The notes: generated from the letters alone by a model not told the origin. A DNA stretch of 64,000 nt from Candidatus Dormiibacterota bacterium (GCA_003162415.1 PMOL01000012.1:16728-80727); one strand, 5' to 3'; counted from the first letter of the stretch, positions 48,682-58,131 are shown. A program made the numbers and translations.

Positions 48682-49872
48682 GTGGACCCCAATGTCCCGG
48701 TGGCTACAGAACCAGGCCGGTCTCGCGCCCACAGGCGGCGCGACCCCGGCGACGGCTCGATCTTCCAGCGGAGCGATGGTCGCTGGGTCGCCCGGCTCAG
48801 GGACTCAGCAGGACGTCCCCGCTACCTCTACGCGAAGGATCGCGCCCACGCCAAGCAACGCCTTACCGAAGCGCAGACGGTGGTCCACACGGGCCAGCCG
48901 CTCCCAGACCAACGCCTGACCTTTGGGAGGTATCTCCTGGACTGGGTCGCCGGGCTAGGCGCTGGCGTCAAGCCACGGACCGTCGCCTACTACGAGACGT
49001 ACGTGCGCCGGCACCTGCTTCCGAGCGACCTGGCCCAAAAGCCCCTGGCTCGCCTTGAGCCGGCCGATCTGCGCCGGCTCTACGCGACGAAGCTGAGCTC
49101 AGGTCTCAGTTCAACCTCCGTGCATCACATCCACGCGGTCATCCATGTCGCGCTCCAACGTGCTGTGGACGACGGCATCTTGGGGCGCAACGTCGCCGCC
49201 CTCGTGGGGCGCTCGAATCGGCCCAAGGTCCGGCACGTCGAGATGACCACCATTGCTGCGGGTGATGAGCCCCGACGCTTTCTCGAGGCAGCCAAAGGAG
49301 AGCGTTTGGAGGCTCTTCTGGTCCTCGCGCTCACGACCGGGATGCGGCGCGGCGAGCTGCTGGCGCTTCGCTGGAAGGACGTGGATCTCGAGCGGGGGGT
49401 ATTGGCTGTGACCGGGTCGCTCCAAGGCGAGTCACGTCCGACCCTTAGCATCGCAACCCCGAAGTCAGGCAAGTCTCGGTCGGTCGCCCTGGGGACCGTC
49501 GCAGTGACCGCCCTCCGAGAGCATCGCAAGCGGCAAGCGCAGGAGCAACTTCTTGTAGGCGGCGAATGGCGCGAGGTCGGGTTGGTCTTCTCGACGGAGT
49601 ACGGCGACTTCCTTTCTCCGACCACGCTGCGGTTGGCGCTACGGCGCGCGCTTACTCGGGCGGGTCTCCCAACCATCCGGTTCCACGATCTGCGCCATAG
49701 CGCGGCTACTCTAATGCTGAGCCGCGGCGTACATCCGAAGATGGCGTCGGAAATGCTCGGCCACTCGACAATCGCGATCACGCTCGACCTGTACTCCCAT
49801 GTCACGGCGAACATGCAGCGTCAGGCTGCCGACGCCATCGACGCCGCACTTGCGGATCCGGCAACGCCCTAA
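48682..49872 (+). CDS. Tyrosine-type site-specific integrase (intact)
   Basis: 396 aa; N-terminal SAM-like/core-binding region; catalytic residues present: TGMRRGE (Arg), HDLRHS (His-x-x-Arg), LGHS (His), LYSH (Tyr). Confidence 0.92.
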   Translation: MDPNVPVATEPGRSRAHRRRDPGDGSIFQRSDGRWVARLRDSAGRPRYLYAKDRAHAKQRLTEAQTVVHTGQPLPDQRLTFGRYLLDWVAGLGAGVKPRTVAYYETYVRRHLLPSDLAQKPLARLEPADLRRLYATKLSSGLSSTSVHHIHAVIHVALQRAVDDGILGRNVAALVGRSNRPKVRHVEMTTIAAGDEPRRFLEAAKGERLEALLVLALTTGMRRGELLALRWKDVDLERGVLAVTGSLQGESRPTLSIATPKSGKSRSVALGTVAVTALREHRKRQAQEQLLVGGEWREVGLVFSTEYGDFLSPTTLRLALRRALTRAGLPTIRFHDLRHSAATLMLSRGVHPKMASEMLGHSTIAITLDLYSHVTANMQRQAADAIDAALADPATP

Positions 49873-49924
49873 GCCACGCGACGCATCAGGCGGGGATGGC
49901 GCCTAACTGACGATTTCGGCGCCA

Positions 49925-49941
49925 GCGGTTTCGTAAACCGC
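49925..49941 (+). repeat. tRNA-Thr(CGU) anticodon stem-loop-like 17-mer (repeat copy 1)
   Basis: GCGGTTTCGTAAACCGC is identical to 53651-53667. It lies 53 bp after the integrase stop and 4 bp before the GTG of the next ORF. Confidence 0.5.
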
Positions 49942-49944
49942 GAG

Positions 49945-51180
49945 GTGGTCGACGCCAGCGACTCGATCGCCTTTGCCGCCGGCGCTCGACTCGTCCTCTC
50001 CGATCCGCAGCACCTTTATGTGCCGCAGGCGCAGGAGCGGGTCGAGGCATCCCTGCTCCACATCCCGCCGGCAGATCACTTTCTCGCCCCCTTCACGAAC
50101 ATCGCTGCCGGCGCCCTGATCCTGAGCCCTCTGTCCTCCGTTGATCTCGCAACCGAGACCTCGATCGTGGTGGTCATCTCCACCGTGCTCTTCGCGTTCG
50201 CCCTGCTGTTGATGCGGCGTCTGCTGGCACCAGTGTCGTCACGGCCCATGCGGCTGGCGATCGCGGCGGCCACGGTGATGTGCATCCCGGCTGTGGAGGC
50301 TGTCGTGCAGTGGGATTCGCTCTTGACGGTGGCGCTGCTGGGTTCGGTGCTACTCGCCGAGCGACGCCGCTACGACTGGGCGGGCCTGCTCCTCGCGACC
50401 CTGGTCCTCAAACCGCAGGTGGTCTGGCTCGTCGTGGCCGCCGTCGTCGCCGCCCGGTCATGGCGCTATCTCGGAGGGCTCGTCCTCGGTTGCGCTGTCT
50501 GGCTTGCGGTCAGCACCTTCATCGCTGGACCAGCGGCGCTGGTTGCGCTCGCCCAACTGATCGGCAGCAGCTACCCCGGCCAGGCTGGCATCGGCGTCGG
50601 CATTCCCTCGCTCATCTTGGCAGCGACGGGTAACGGAGTCATAGCCTTCATCGCCGCCGGGGGGCTCGGTGTCATTGCGGCTGCGGGATTACTCTCGCGC
50701 CGGGAACTGTTCCGCGGCCGGCCGCTCGCTGCCGTTGCGATCGGTGTGTCGCTGTCGCTGCTGTGCTCCCCGCATGTCAGCCTCGAAGACCTCATGCTCC
50801 TGACCGTGCCGGTTGCATTCATCGCGCGAAGGTGGCCGAAGGTTGCGCTCGGCGAAGCCCTCGCGATCAGCGCAGCGGAACTTGTCCAACTCCAGTTCGC
50901 GGTTGGCGACCGCCATCTCCAGCCGGTTGTGCTTGCGATCATCGCGTCGTCGGCGGTGCTTGCGCTCCTTCCTCCGCGCGATCTGGCATCGCCGGTGCCC
51001 ACGCACAGCGCGAGTCTCCAACTGACTCCGGTCTCTGGCGCCATCGGCGGGTTGATGGAGTTGATGGTCGTGGATACCAGAGCGCTGCCTCAGTCGCGCT
51101 CCGATCGACCAACGCTGGGTGACTTGGCGACACGGCCCCGTAACGGTCCGGATCGCGACTCTGCGCCCGCCCTAGGCTAG
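49945..51180 (+). CDS. Polytopic membrane protein, GT87/DUF2029-like glycosyltransferase, apparently lacking the usual N-terminal TM
   Basis: ~10 TM segments; ...LVLKPQVVWLV... The loop-1-like motif DASDSIAFAAGARLVLSDPQHLY begins at residue 3. Confidence 0.55.
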   Translation: MVDASDSIAFAAGARLVLSDPQHLYVPQAQERVEASLLHIPPADHFLAPFTNIAAGALILSPLSSVDLATETSIVVVISTVLFAFALLLMRRLLAPVSSRPMRLAIAAATVMCIPAVEAVVQWDSLLTVALLGSVLLAERRRYDWAGLLLATLVLKPQVVWLVVAAVVAARSWRYLGGLVLGCAVWLAVSTFIAGPAALVALAQLIGSSYPGQAGIGVGIPSLILAATGNGVIAFIAAGGLGVIAAAGLLSRRELFRGRPLAAVAIGVSLSLLCSPHVSLEDLMLLTVPVAFIARRWPKVALGEALAISAAELVQLQFAVGDRHLQPVVLAIIASSAVLALLPPRDLASPVPTHSASLQLTPVSGAIGGLMELMVVDTRALPQSRSDRPTLGDLATRPRNGPDRDSAPALG

Positions 51181-51185
51181 GCCCC

Positions 51186-52565
51186 GTGCCGCGAGCTACG
51201 ACTCCGCTCTCGACGCGCTGGGCTGAAACGCGTGCGGGGACTCGCCTCGCCACACGGGTCTCGGTCGGCTCCGGAGACGCCACGTTACTGGCGACGGTCG
51301 CGATCGTCCTGGCGCTCATGATCAGCGCGGGATCGAGCAATCCGGCAGCGCTGTTGCTGCTGGCGATCGCATCGGCTCTGCTCATCGCCGCCCGGTCGAT
51401 GGTCGCGGCCGAACCATCGAAAGCCACTTGGGTAGCGGCGATCGCCTGTTGCGCACTCGCCTTCTTCTTCAACACCGATCTCTTCGGAGGACCTGAGGTG
51501 TTCTGCGCTGCTGCAGTGGTCATCGGTGTGGTGATCGCGCTGGCATGGCGATTTCGCAGTGGCGTCGCACTAGCAGCAGCAGCCGCGGTCGCCGCCGCGA
51601 CGCTGCCGTGGCATTGGGGAGTTGGGCTCTTTGATGTCTTCCGCATCGAAGCCGCGGCCGCGCAGAGTTTGCTGCACGGCGGCAACCCATACAGCGCGAC
51701 CATCTACGACCGTGTCCCGATCGCGCCCGGCGTTGTGGTGATCGGTCCCGAGCATCTCCCATACGGACCAACCGTGGCCGCCGCATCGCTGCCCGGCGCG
51801 CTCGTGGGAGATATCCGCGTGGCGTCGGTGCTGTGGGCGATCGCTGCGGCTGGCGCCGTGCTTCTCGTGGCACGTCAGGGGCTGCTCTCGCCGGCAAGCC
51901 AGCGACTCCTGCTCGTACTCACGGTCGCCTTCCCGCTCATACCATCGATGGTCGTGACCGCCTGGCCCGAGACACTGATGGTCGCGACGTTCGGACTCAG
52001 CCTCGCGCTCTTCCGGCGCCATCCAGTCTGGATGGTGGTGGCGATCGCGGCCTGCCTGCTGGTCAAACCGACAGCGCTGGTGCTCTTCTTCCCGTTCTTT
52101 ATCTGGTCCCCGGCGTGGCGCTTGCGGATCGTCGCCGGCAGCCTCCTCGCTCTGGCGGTCATGCTGATCTGCAGCATCGGTGTCGGCATCCCGGCGGTGG
52201 TGTTCGCCACGTTGGTGCGTCATTTCTGGGAGCCGGTGTACTACGACGGGCTGACAGTTGGAGCAGTTGTCCACAATCTGGGCGGAGGCCCACTTCCGGG
52301 ATGGGTCTTCCCCGGAGCGGTCGCGGTGGCGTGCCTCGCAGTGCTGCGAGTCCGGCCCCGAGACACGGCGGATCTCTGCGTCACCGCAGCTTTCCTCTTC
52401 ATGGTGTCAACCGCGTTCGCCTCATATGCGCGATTCAACTTCTACTACGTAGTCGCAGCGGTGCTCCTATTCGCACTTGGCTCCCGCGGCGTCTCCCCCG
52501 AACCGGTGAGCCGCCCATCCCGCGGCGTCAATCCTGCCCGAGTAGCGGCCGTGATCCCAGCCTGA
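51186..52565 (+). CDS. GT87/DUF2029-family polytopic glycosyltransferase (GT-C type)
   Basis: Multi-TM; DVFRIEAAAAQSLLHGGNPY (first-loop Asp motif), ...YGPTVAAASLP..., LLVKPTALVLFFPFF. Confidence 0.65.
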   Translation: MPRATTPLSTRWAETRAGTRLATRVSVGSGDATLLATVAIVLALMISAGSSNPAALLLLAIASALLIAARSMVAAEPSKATWVAAIACCALAFFFNTDLFGGPEVFCAAAVVIGVVIALAWRFRSGVALAAAAAVAAATLPWHWGVGLFDVFRIEAAAAQSLLHGGNPYSATIYDRVPIAPGVVVIGPEHLPYGPTVAAASLPGALVGDIRVASVLWAIAAAGAVLLVARQGLLSPASQRLLLVLTVAFPLIPSMVVTAWPETLMVATFGLSLALFRRHPVWMVVAIAACLLVKPTALVLFFPFFIWSPAWRLRIVAGSLLALAVMLICSIGVGIPAVVFATLVRHFWEPVYYDGLTVGAVVHNLGGGPLPGWVFPGAVAVACLAVLRVRPRDTADLCVTAAFLFMVSTAFASYARFNFYYVVAAVLLFALGSRGVSPEPVSRPSRGVNPARVAAVIPA

Positions 52566-52576
52566 GGCTCGAGCAG

Positions 52577-53305
52577 TTGCGAACCGTAGTCGTGATGCCC
52601 GCGTATAACGCGGCCAAGACGCTCGAGACGACGCTGACGAGGATTCCCCAGGGCATCGTTGACAGAATCATCCTCGTCGACGACGGCAGCCTGGATGGCA
52701 CCGCGGCGCTCGCGGCGTCTTTGGACCTCGTGGTGATCTCGCATCCACACAACGCGGGCTACGGTGCCAACCAGAAGACCTGCTACATCGAGGCACTCCG
52801 CGACGGCGCGGATGTCATCGTCATGCTGCACCCGGACGGTCAGTACGATCCCGTCATCCTCGACGACATGGTTGAGGTCATCCGCAGCGGGCGCGCCGAC
52901 GTCGTGCTCGGCTCACGCTTTTTCACCCCCGGTGGCGCCCGCGCCGGTGGCATGCCCTGGTGGAAACGCCTTGCCAACCGTTTCCTCACCCGCTACGAGA
53001 ATGGCGTGCTTGGGCTTGGACTCACCGAGTACCACACCGGCTATCGCGCGTACAGCCGCAAGTTCCTTACCACCGTGCCGTTTCTGCGCAACTCCAACGA
53101 TTTCGTCTTCGACACCCAGATCCTCACCCAGGCTGCATCGTTCAAGTTCAAGGTTGCCGAGGTCCCTGTCACGACCAAGTACTTCGACGACGCGTCGTCG
53201 GTGAATTTTCGCGTCTCGCTGATCTACGGGCTCAAGACCGTGTGGACCGTCAACCGCTACGTGCTCCATAGCCTCGGGCTTCGCTCGCGCCGCTACTCCC
53301 GATAG
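52577..53305 (+). CDS. Family 2 glycosyltransferase (polyprenyl-phosphate sugar synthase-like)
   Basis: Start near TTG 52577, GTG 52592 or ATG 52595: VVVMPAYNAAKTLE...ILVDDGSLDGT...MLHPDGQYDP...GYRAYSRKFL. The rest of tracked ORF 51833 is out-of-frame overlap. Confidence 0.85.
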   Translation: MRTVVVMPAYNAAKTLETTLTRIPQGIVDRIILVDDGSLDGTAALAASLDLVVISHPHNAGYGANQKTCYIEALRDGADVIVMLHPDGQYDPVILDDMVEVIRSGRADVVLGSRFFTPGGARAGGMPWWKRLANRFLTRYENGVLGLGLTEYHTGYRAYSRKFLTTVPFLRNSNDFVFDTQILTQAASFKFKVAEVPVTTKYFDDASSVNFRVSLIYGLKTVWTVNRYVLHSLGLRSRRYSR

Positions 53306-53650
53306 TCAGCACGCCGCACTTCCGTGCCGAAGGAGCTGACGTTCCCTACTGTCCAGAGGCCGATTCCAACCCCTACGGGCACCGACGCCACCCGAACGAC
53401 ATTCGCGAGGGTCAACCTCATTTAGTCGATGCTAGTGGCCTGGAGTTCGACGAGCGGGTTCTGGCCCTCAGCAGGACGCTGAACGCGGCCGTACATGTGC
53501 TGCCCCAACTTTGAGAGGTTTGAAGGTGGTGCTCGTTCTGTCGGGGCCTTTCGGCTCGCCTCGCCCTCGCGCTCCACCCCCGTTTATGCCGCTTGCCCTG
53601 GCTTTACACCCCCATTATTGAGATTGTGGAACGGTTTTCCCGCACTCGTT

Positions 53651-53700
53651 GCGGTTTCGTAAACCGCTGGCCGGGAGTTCGAATCTCCCCGTCGGCTCCA
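53651..53700 (+). repeat. 3' half of a tRNA-Thr(CGU) gene (repeat copy 2; att-site-like remnant)
   Basis: GCGGT-TTCGTAA-ACCGC (anticodon CGT), TGGCC, GGGAG-TTCGAAT-CTCCC, CGTCGGC-TCCA. No matching 5' acceptor or D arm upstream, so it is not a functional tRNA. Confidence 0.7.
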
Positions 53701-53808
53701 TTGATCGCAATACGATTTCGAGGTCACGGCGCCCCCAACTGAGGCATTCGATTCGCCGATAAATGCCTAGTGACTACTACTGTGACGACTACCAGCGTCC
53801 AGCTACGC

Positions 53809-54111
53809 TCAGATTGGTCTGGCGAGGAGGGTTTCCAAGCGTGCTGCGGCGTCCCGATGAAGGTTGGGCAAGACGCCTGCATACGTATTCGCAGTGAGGG
53901 CAATCGTGCTGTGACCGAGGATGCTGCTCACCGTCTTGAGATCCGTGCCCGACGCAAGCAAGAGCGTGGCGCATCCGTGCCGGAGGCTGTGGAAAGTCCC
54001 CGTATCTACGGGGCGGGTACAACCGATCATGGGCCTGCTCCCACGCCTCGCAGACCGCACACCTTGCCCAATGCGTCCAGCGGAGCCGATGACCGTGCTG
54101 GCACACCTCAC
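53809..54111 (-). pseudogene. Truncated tyrosine integrase (C-terminal catalytic fragment only)
   Basis: ...TFHSLRHGCATLLLASGTDLKTVSSILGHSTIALTANTYAGV... keeps HxxR, His and Tyr but lacks the ~250-aa N-terminal part. Its 3' end faces repeat copy 2. Confidence 0.75.
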
Positions 54112-54196
54112 CTGACCACACCAGTCACATATTCCCCTGACCCAGGAATAGGTGGGACCCGTGCAATGTTGAGGACCAGTGTCCAGCTAGATCCCC

Positions 54197-54883
54197 TCAG
54201 GACAGGCCCTCCAGGGTGCCAGCTATGAGATCAGGCCCTCCTGTGGCGTCGACGAGCATGTGCTTGGTACCGCAGGTGGCACAGATGAACGCTGCGTCGA
54301 GGGGGTGACCGCAGCGACAGGCCCACCCTATGCGTCGAGCCGGGTTGCCCGCCACGACTGCGTGAGCAGGTACGTCACGCGTCGCCACCGCACCGGAACC
54401 AACCATTGACCAGGCGCCGATGCGGACACCGCCAACCACCACCGCATGCGCTCCGATGGCGGCTCCCCGCTCGACCGACACCCCCGAGACCACCCAGTCA
54501 GCGTCGGCCTTGAGCGACCCGTCCGGCGCCGCCGCCCGGGGATAGCGGTCATTGGTCAGGCAGACGCCCGGTCCGATGAACACCTCATCGTCAAGCACAG
54601 CACCGTGGTACAGGAGGGCGTTGTTCTGTATCTTGCAACGACTGCCAACCTGCACGTCGAGATCGATTAGCACGTTTTCGCCGATGATGCAATCGTCGCC
54701 GACGGAGGCGCCGCGGCGGAGGTGTGATCGAGCCCATATCCGAGTACGCAACCCGATTGTGACCCCACTCTCGATGTCCGCTGTCGGATGGAACAGTGGG
54801 GAGCGAGTTTCTGGGGAGCCATGAATCTCGGGCGCGGGAGCCTGTCCAGGACCTTTGGCAGACGTCTCGTCTACAGAGCTCAA
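54197..54883 (-). CDS. Left-handed beta-helix (hexapeptide-repeat) sugar N/O-acetyltransferase with C-terminal Cys4 ribbon
   Basis: Hexapeptide repeats IGENVLIDLDVQVGSRCKIQNNALLYHGAVLDDEVFIGPGVCL..., ...GNPARRIG, then CRCGHPL...CATCG. Confidence 0.85.
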   Translation of the reverse strand: MSSVDETSAKGPGQAPAPEIHGSPETRSPLFHPTADIESGVTIGLRTRIWARSHLRRGASVGDDCIIGENVLIDLDVQVGSRCKIQNNALLYHGAVLDDEVFIGPGVCLTNDRYPRAAAPDGSLKADADWVVSGVSVERGAAIGAHAVVVGGVRIGAWSMVGSGAVATRDVPAHAVVAGNPARRIGWACRCGHPLDAAFICATCGTKHMLVDATGGPDLIAGTLEGLS

Positions 54884-55668
54884 GTCGGATCACCTCGAGG
54901 CATGGGGGCTCGGCACCGACGGAACCGTGCCTCGACTGTGCTCCCTCGTGCAGCGCAGACGATGACGGCGATGCAACATCTCGGCGCAGGCTGGTTCCCG
55001 AGGCGGCACGGGCTCCACCGCCGACGATCTCCAGGACGTGGAGGTCGGCAGCGCTGATGGGCCTTCACGGTCCTCGTCGCCTTCTATCAGAGGCTGCACG
55101 CACGTCACGTCGGTAGTGCTGTCGTCAAGTCTTCGTCGACGCCACCTGGCGCCAGTGGCGCTGTCCGGACTGGACGGCGGCGGCGAACTCCGTGGACACC
55201 ACGGAAGGCGGCGGGGCGGGACACCGGCGGAACCTCGTCAGACGGCGTGGTTAACCATCGATCCCGAAGGGCGAGCCACCTCCCATCGCGGGCGTGGTCC
55301 GTAGCGGGAGCGATGTCGCCGGAGCACGCGACGCGCCGGGATCATGGCAACCGGTGACGTGCGGCCGGGATCGTCGTAACGCATGATCGCCGGCTGTCGA
55401 ACGAGCAGCACGTGCGCGCTCGGTTTCGTGGTCGTCTGTACGCAGGCAGACCGACGGAAGGGCGACACCTGGACACGGGCGACGCCAGTCAACCCGTCCA
55501 CCCGTATCGGTGCCGCCGTGCGTCTCGTTCCGGAATCGTGCTCCCGGTATCAGCACGAGCACGGCGCGGAGGACGAGTGCATCCGTCGCTGGGCGGACTA
55601 ATGCCAATGGCGTCACAGTCGCGCATCGAAGCGGGACCGCGGAGTCGGCCGGCCATAGGCTGTGCCGA

Positions 55669-57330
55669 GTGGCGGACGTACGGACGATCTCATTGGTGTC
55701 CCGCGCCGGCTCGAGGCGCCTGCCGGCATTCGGTGTCGTCGTCGGCATCACGGGCGCGGCCGCGCTCATCTCCTTCGTGGCTACGCTGGTGCGGCTACCC
55801 ACGCTGCTCGCGGCGGTCTATCGGTTCAGCGACGCCCCTGAGCTGAGCTACATCGCGCAGGGGCTAGCGACGGGCCACGGCCCGCAGCTCCTGCCAACTC
55901 AGACGTCGATCGGCGTCATCTGGTTCGACGAGCTGCTCCAGTGGCTGCCGTTCCGCGCCGGCGTCGAGTACTGGACCGGACCCGTCCTCACAGTGGCGAT
56001 GGGGCTGCTCCTCGTCCGCACCGCCCACCTTGTGTTGGGCCGCAAGGGAACGCTCCTCACCTCGGTAATGCTCCTCGTCCTTCCGACCGTGGTGCTCTGG
56101 CCGCTGCTGTTTCCCGACAACCACGTCACCACGTATGCGGCGGCGGTGCTGCTCGGTTGGCACCTCGTCCTCGATTTGCGCCACCGGCGCAGCGTCTGGC
56201 GCTCCGCGATCGTTGGCACCGTCGTCGGCATCGGGGTCGTCACCGATCCACAGCTGCTGGCTTTCGGTCTCGTCCCCTATATCGCGACCGTGGCGGTGCT
56301 GCGGCGGCGGGTCACGGCACCTCAGGTGCGCTCGTTGCTCGTCACGTTGTGTGGAGCGCTGGTGGCCATCGGGCTCGCGTTTGTCGTGATGAACGCTCAG
56401 GGGATCCGCACCATCGCGATCCTGCCCGGCGGCAGCGGTCTGAGCGGCGTGGTCCGAGGCATCGGACTCGCTGTCCAGACGCTCGCGTGGACCATCGGCG
56501 GAGAGTGGTACGGCGACACGATGTCCGTTGTGGCCGTGGGCCTCTGTGTCGCCGCCGCGTTCAGCCTCGTGGCACTCGTTGTGGTCGGCGTTCGTAAGCG
56601 AGCGGGCGCCGAGCCGGGCTTCGCGTCACTGGACATCTCGTTTGCCGGTTTCGGGCTGTTTTGGGGCATGGACTTCGCATTCCTCGTCGGCGCTTTCGTC
56701 TTCCTCGGTTACGGTGCCGGCGGAGCTCCGATGCAAGGTCACTACCTAGTCGGATGCTATGTCGCAGCAGCCGCCCTGATCCCGGCGATTGCCGTGCGTT
56801 ATGGCCCCAAGTCGCTGACGAGGTGGCGCTCAGGTGCCGGGGCTGCAGCGCTCGGCGCCGTGGGCGTGTTCAGTCTGTTCGCTGTCAACAACGCGGTGAG
56901 CACAGCGACCTTCGACGCGTCGCTGTTCTACGACCGTCTTCAGGTGCCGGCGGCCGCAGACCCGTTGCCGGTGCTGCTGGAACACGGACTGACTCACGGA
57001 TACGCGGGGTACTGGGAGTCGTATGACCTCGACTGGCGATCCGATGGGGTCCTGTCGGTATGGCCGCTGCTCGGTGGTGCGGCGTGCGCTGGTGGGACCG
57101 GGAACCTGTGCCCCTATGCCTTTGCCCCGAAAGGCGAGTACACGCCCACCGCCGGGCAGACCTTCGTGATCACGCCGTGGACGGGGGGCGAAAGCTGCGG
57201 GCGTTCCTTGCCGTCAGTGGCGATCTTCGGGCCACCGGAAGCCGTGTACAGGCGCGGCCCGTACACCATCTCCGTGTACGGGTACGACGTGGCCTCGCGG
57301 TTGTCGAAGGACGCGAGCTTGTTCTGTTAA
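55669..57330 (+). CDS. ArnT/PMT-like (GT-C fold) polytopic glycosyltransferase
   Basis: Start provisionally at GTG 55669 (tracked ORF begins at 55510). >10 TM segments; first-loop motif YRFSDAPELSYIAQGLATGHG; soluble Cys-containing C-terminal domain. Confidence 0.7.
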   Translation: MADVRTISLVSRAGSRRLPAFGVVVGITGAAALISFVATLVRLPTLLAAVYRFSDAPELSYIAQGLATGHGPQLLPTQTSIGVIWFDELLQWLPFRAGVEYWTGPVLTVAMGLLLVRTAHLVLGRKGTLLTSVMLLVLPTVVLWPLLFPDNHVTTYAAAVLLGWHLVLDLRHRRSVWRSAIVGTVVGIGVVTDPQLLAFGLVPYIATVAVLRRRVTAPQVRSLLVTLCGALVAIGLAFVVMNAQGIRTIAILPGGSGLSGVVRGIGLAVQTLAWTIGGEWYGDTMSVVAVGLCVAAAFSLVALVVVGVRKRAGAEPGFASLDISFAGFGLFWGMDFAFLVGAFVFLGYGAGGAPMQGHYLVGCYVAAAALIPAIAVRYGPKSLTRWRSGAGAAALGAVGVFSLFAVNNAVSTATFDASLFYDRLQVPAAADPLPVLLEHGLTHGYAGYWESYDLDWRSDGVLSVWPLLGGAACAGGTGNLCPYAFAPKGEYTPTAGQTFVITPWTGGESCGRSLPSVAIFGPPEAVYRRGPYTISVYGYDVASRLSKDASLFC

Positions 57331-57497
57331 GGGCGTCACCTAGGACGACGAACGAAGGTCACGGAATCGACACCCGGCTCGGGGCGGTGGTGAGGCGCTA
57401 CCGCCTTGGAATCCGCACGATGACCGCCTCGTCGCCGTCCCGAACGCGCCATCCCTTCGAGCGGAGACGGTATGGACGAACTCACCGAGTTCCGTGG

Positions 57498-57539
57498 CGT
57501 AAACCGCTGACCGGGAGTGCGAGTCTCCTGCCGGCTACA
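57498..57539 (+). repeat. Diverged tRNA-Thr 3'-half-like repeat (copy 3)
   Basis: CGTAAACCGCTGACCGGGAGTGCGAGTCTCCTGCCGGCTACA aligns with 53658-53700 with 5 substitutions and 1 indel. Direct orientation, 3.8 kb apart. Confidence 0.6.
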
Positions 57540-58131
57540 GGGGCGTCGCGAAGAGCTCGGACGTGAGGCCGCCGACAGGCTCGAGGCACTCATCGGCGGG
57601 GAGTCTCCGCAGAAGCCGTCCCGAGCCGCCATATTTGGCCTGATGTCCGAGGAGCCAACCGACGAGACGATCGCGTTTCTATTCGATCTCGCGCGAGAGA
57701 CGCCCGATCGCGTCATCGACCAACTCAAGTCGCTCCAAGGGCGCGTCACTCAGTCGTTTACTACTGGGACCGTTCTAATCGCGTTTGCCGCCTTCGCCAC
57801 TGTCCCCGGCAGTCATCTGACCCATGCAACCCTTGGTGCCTTGGCAATGGCCGGACTCTCTTACGTATTCTTGACCGTTATTGCCATCCTCACGTTGCTA
57901 CCGAGTTGGGGGTACGGCTTGCCCGCTCCTCCCACACTCTGGAACGATTACCGCACGTACAAGGTGAGATCGATTCAGGAGGCGTTCATCGAAAGGTTGC
58001 GGCTCGACTGGCCCACCGCCAAGAACAAGATCAACGACGCCAAATGGGCTAGTCGTATAGCTGTCTTGTGCGTCGTCGCCGAGGTAATCGCTCTCGCTGT
58101 CGGCCTTGTGCTGTCGCGGGTGAATACCTAG
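57517..58131 (+). CDS. Uncharacterised three-TM membrane protein
   Basis: N-terminal helical region (ETIAFLFDLARETPDRVIDQLKSLQGR), TMs at TGTVLIAFAAFATV, GALAMAGLSYVFLTVIAILTLL and ASRIAVLCVVAEVIALAVGLVL. Start uncertain (57517 or ATG 57643). Confidence 0.5.
   Translation: MRVSCRLQGRREELGREAADRLEALIGGESPQKPSRAAIFGLMSEEPTDETIAFLFDLARETPDRVIDQLKSLQGRVTQSFTTGTVLIAFAAFATVPGSHLTHATLGALAMAGLSYVFLTVIAILTLLPSWGYGLPAPPTLWNDYRTYKVRSIQEAFIERLRLDWPTAKNKINDAKWASRIAVLCVVAEVIALAVGLVLSRVNT

Noticed and set aside
53511-53522. 12-mer TTGAGAGGTTTG shared with 63786-63797
   Set aside because: By my estimate, dozens of 12-mer coincidences are expected by chance in 64 kb, and the flanks do not align.
48682-58131. 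Integron-like interpretation (integrase followed by cassettes separated by structured repeats)
   Set aside because: The integrase is transcribed toward rather than away from the cassettes. It looks like a phage/ICE-type Int rather than IntI. The repeats are tRNA 3'-half derivatives, not attC-type imperfect inverted repeats. Cassettes contain multiple genes in both orientations.
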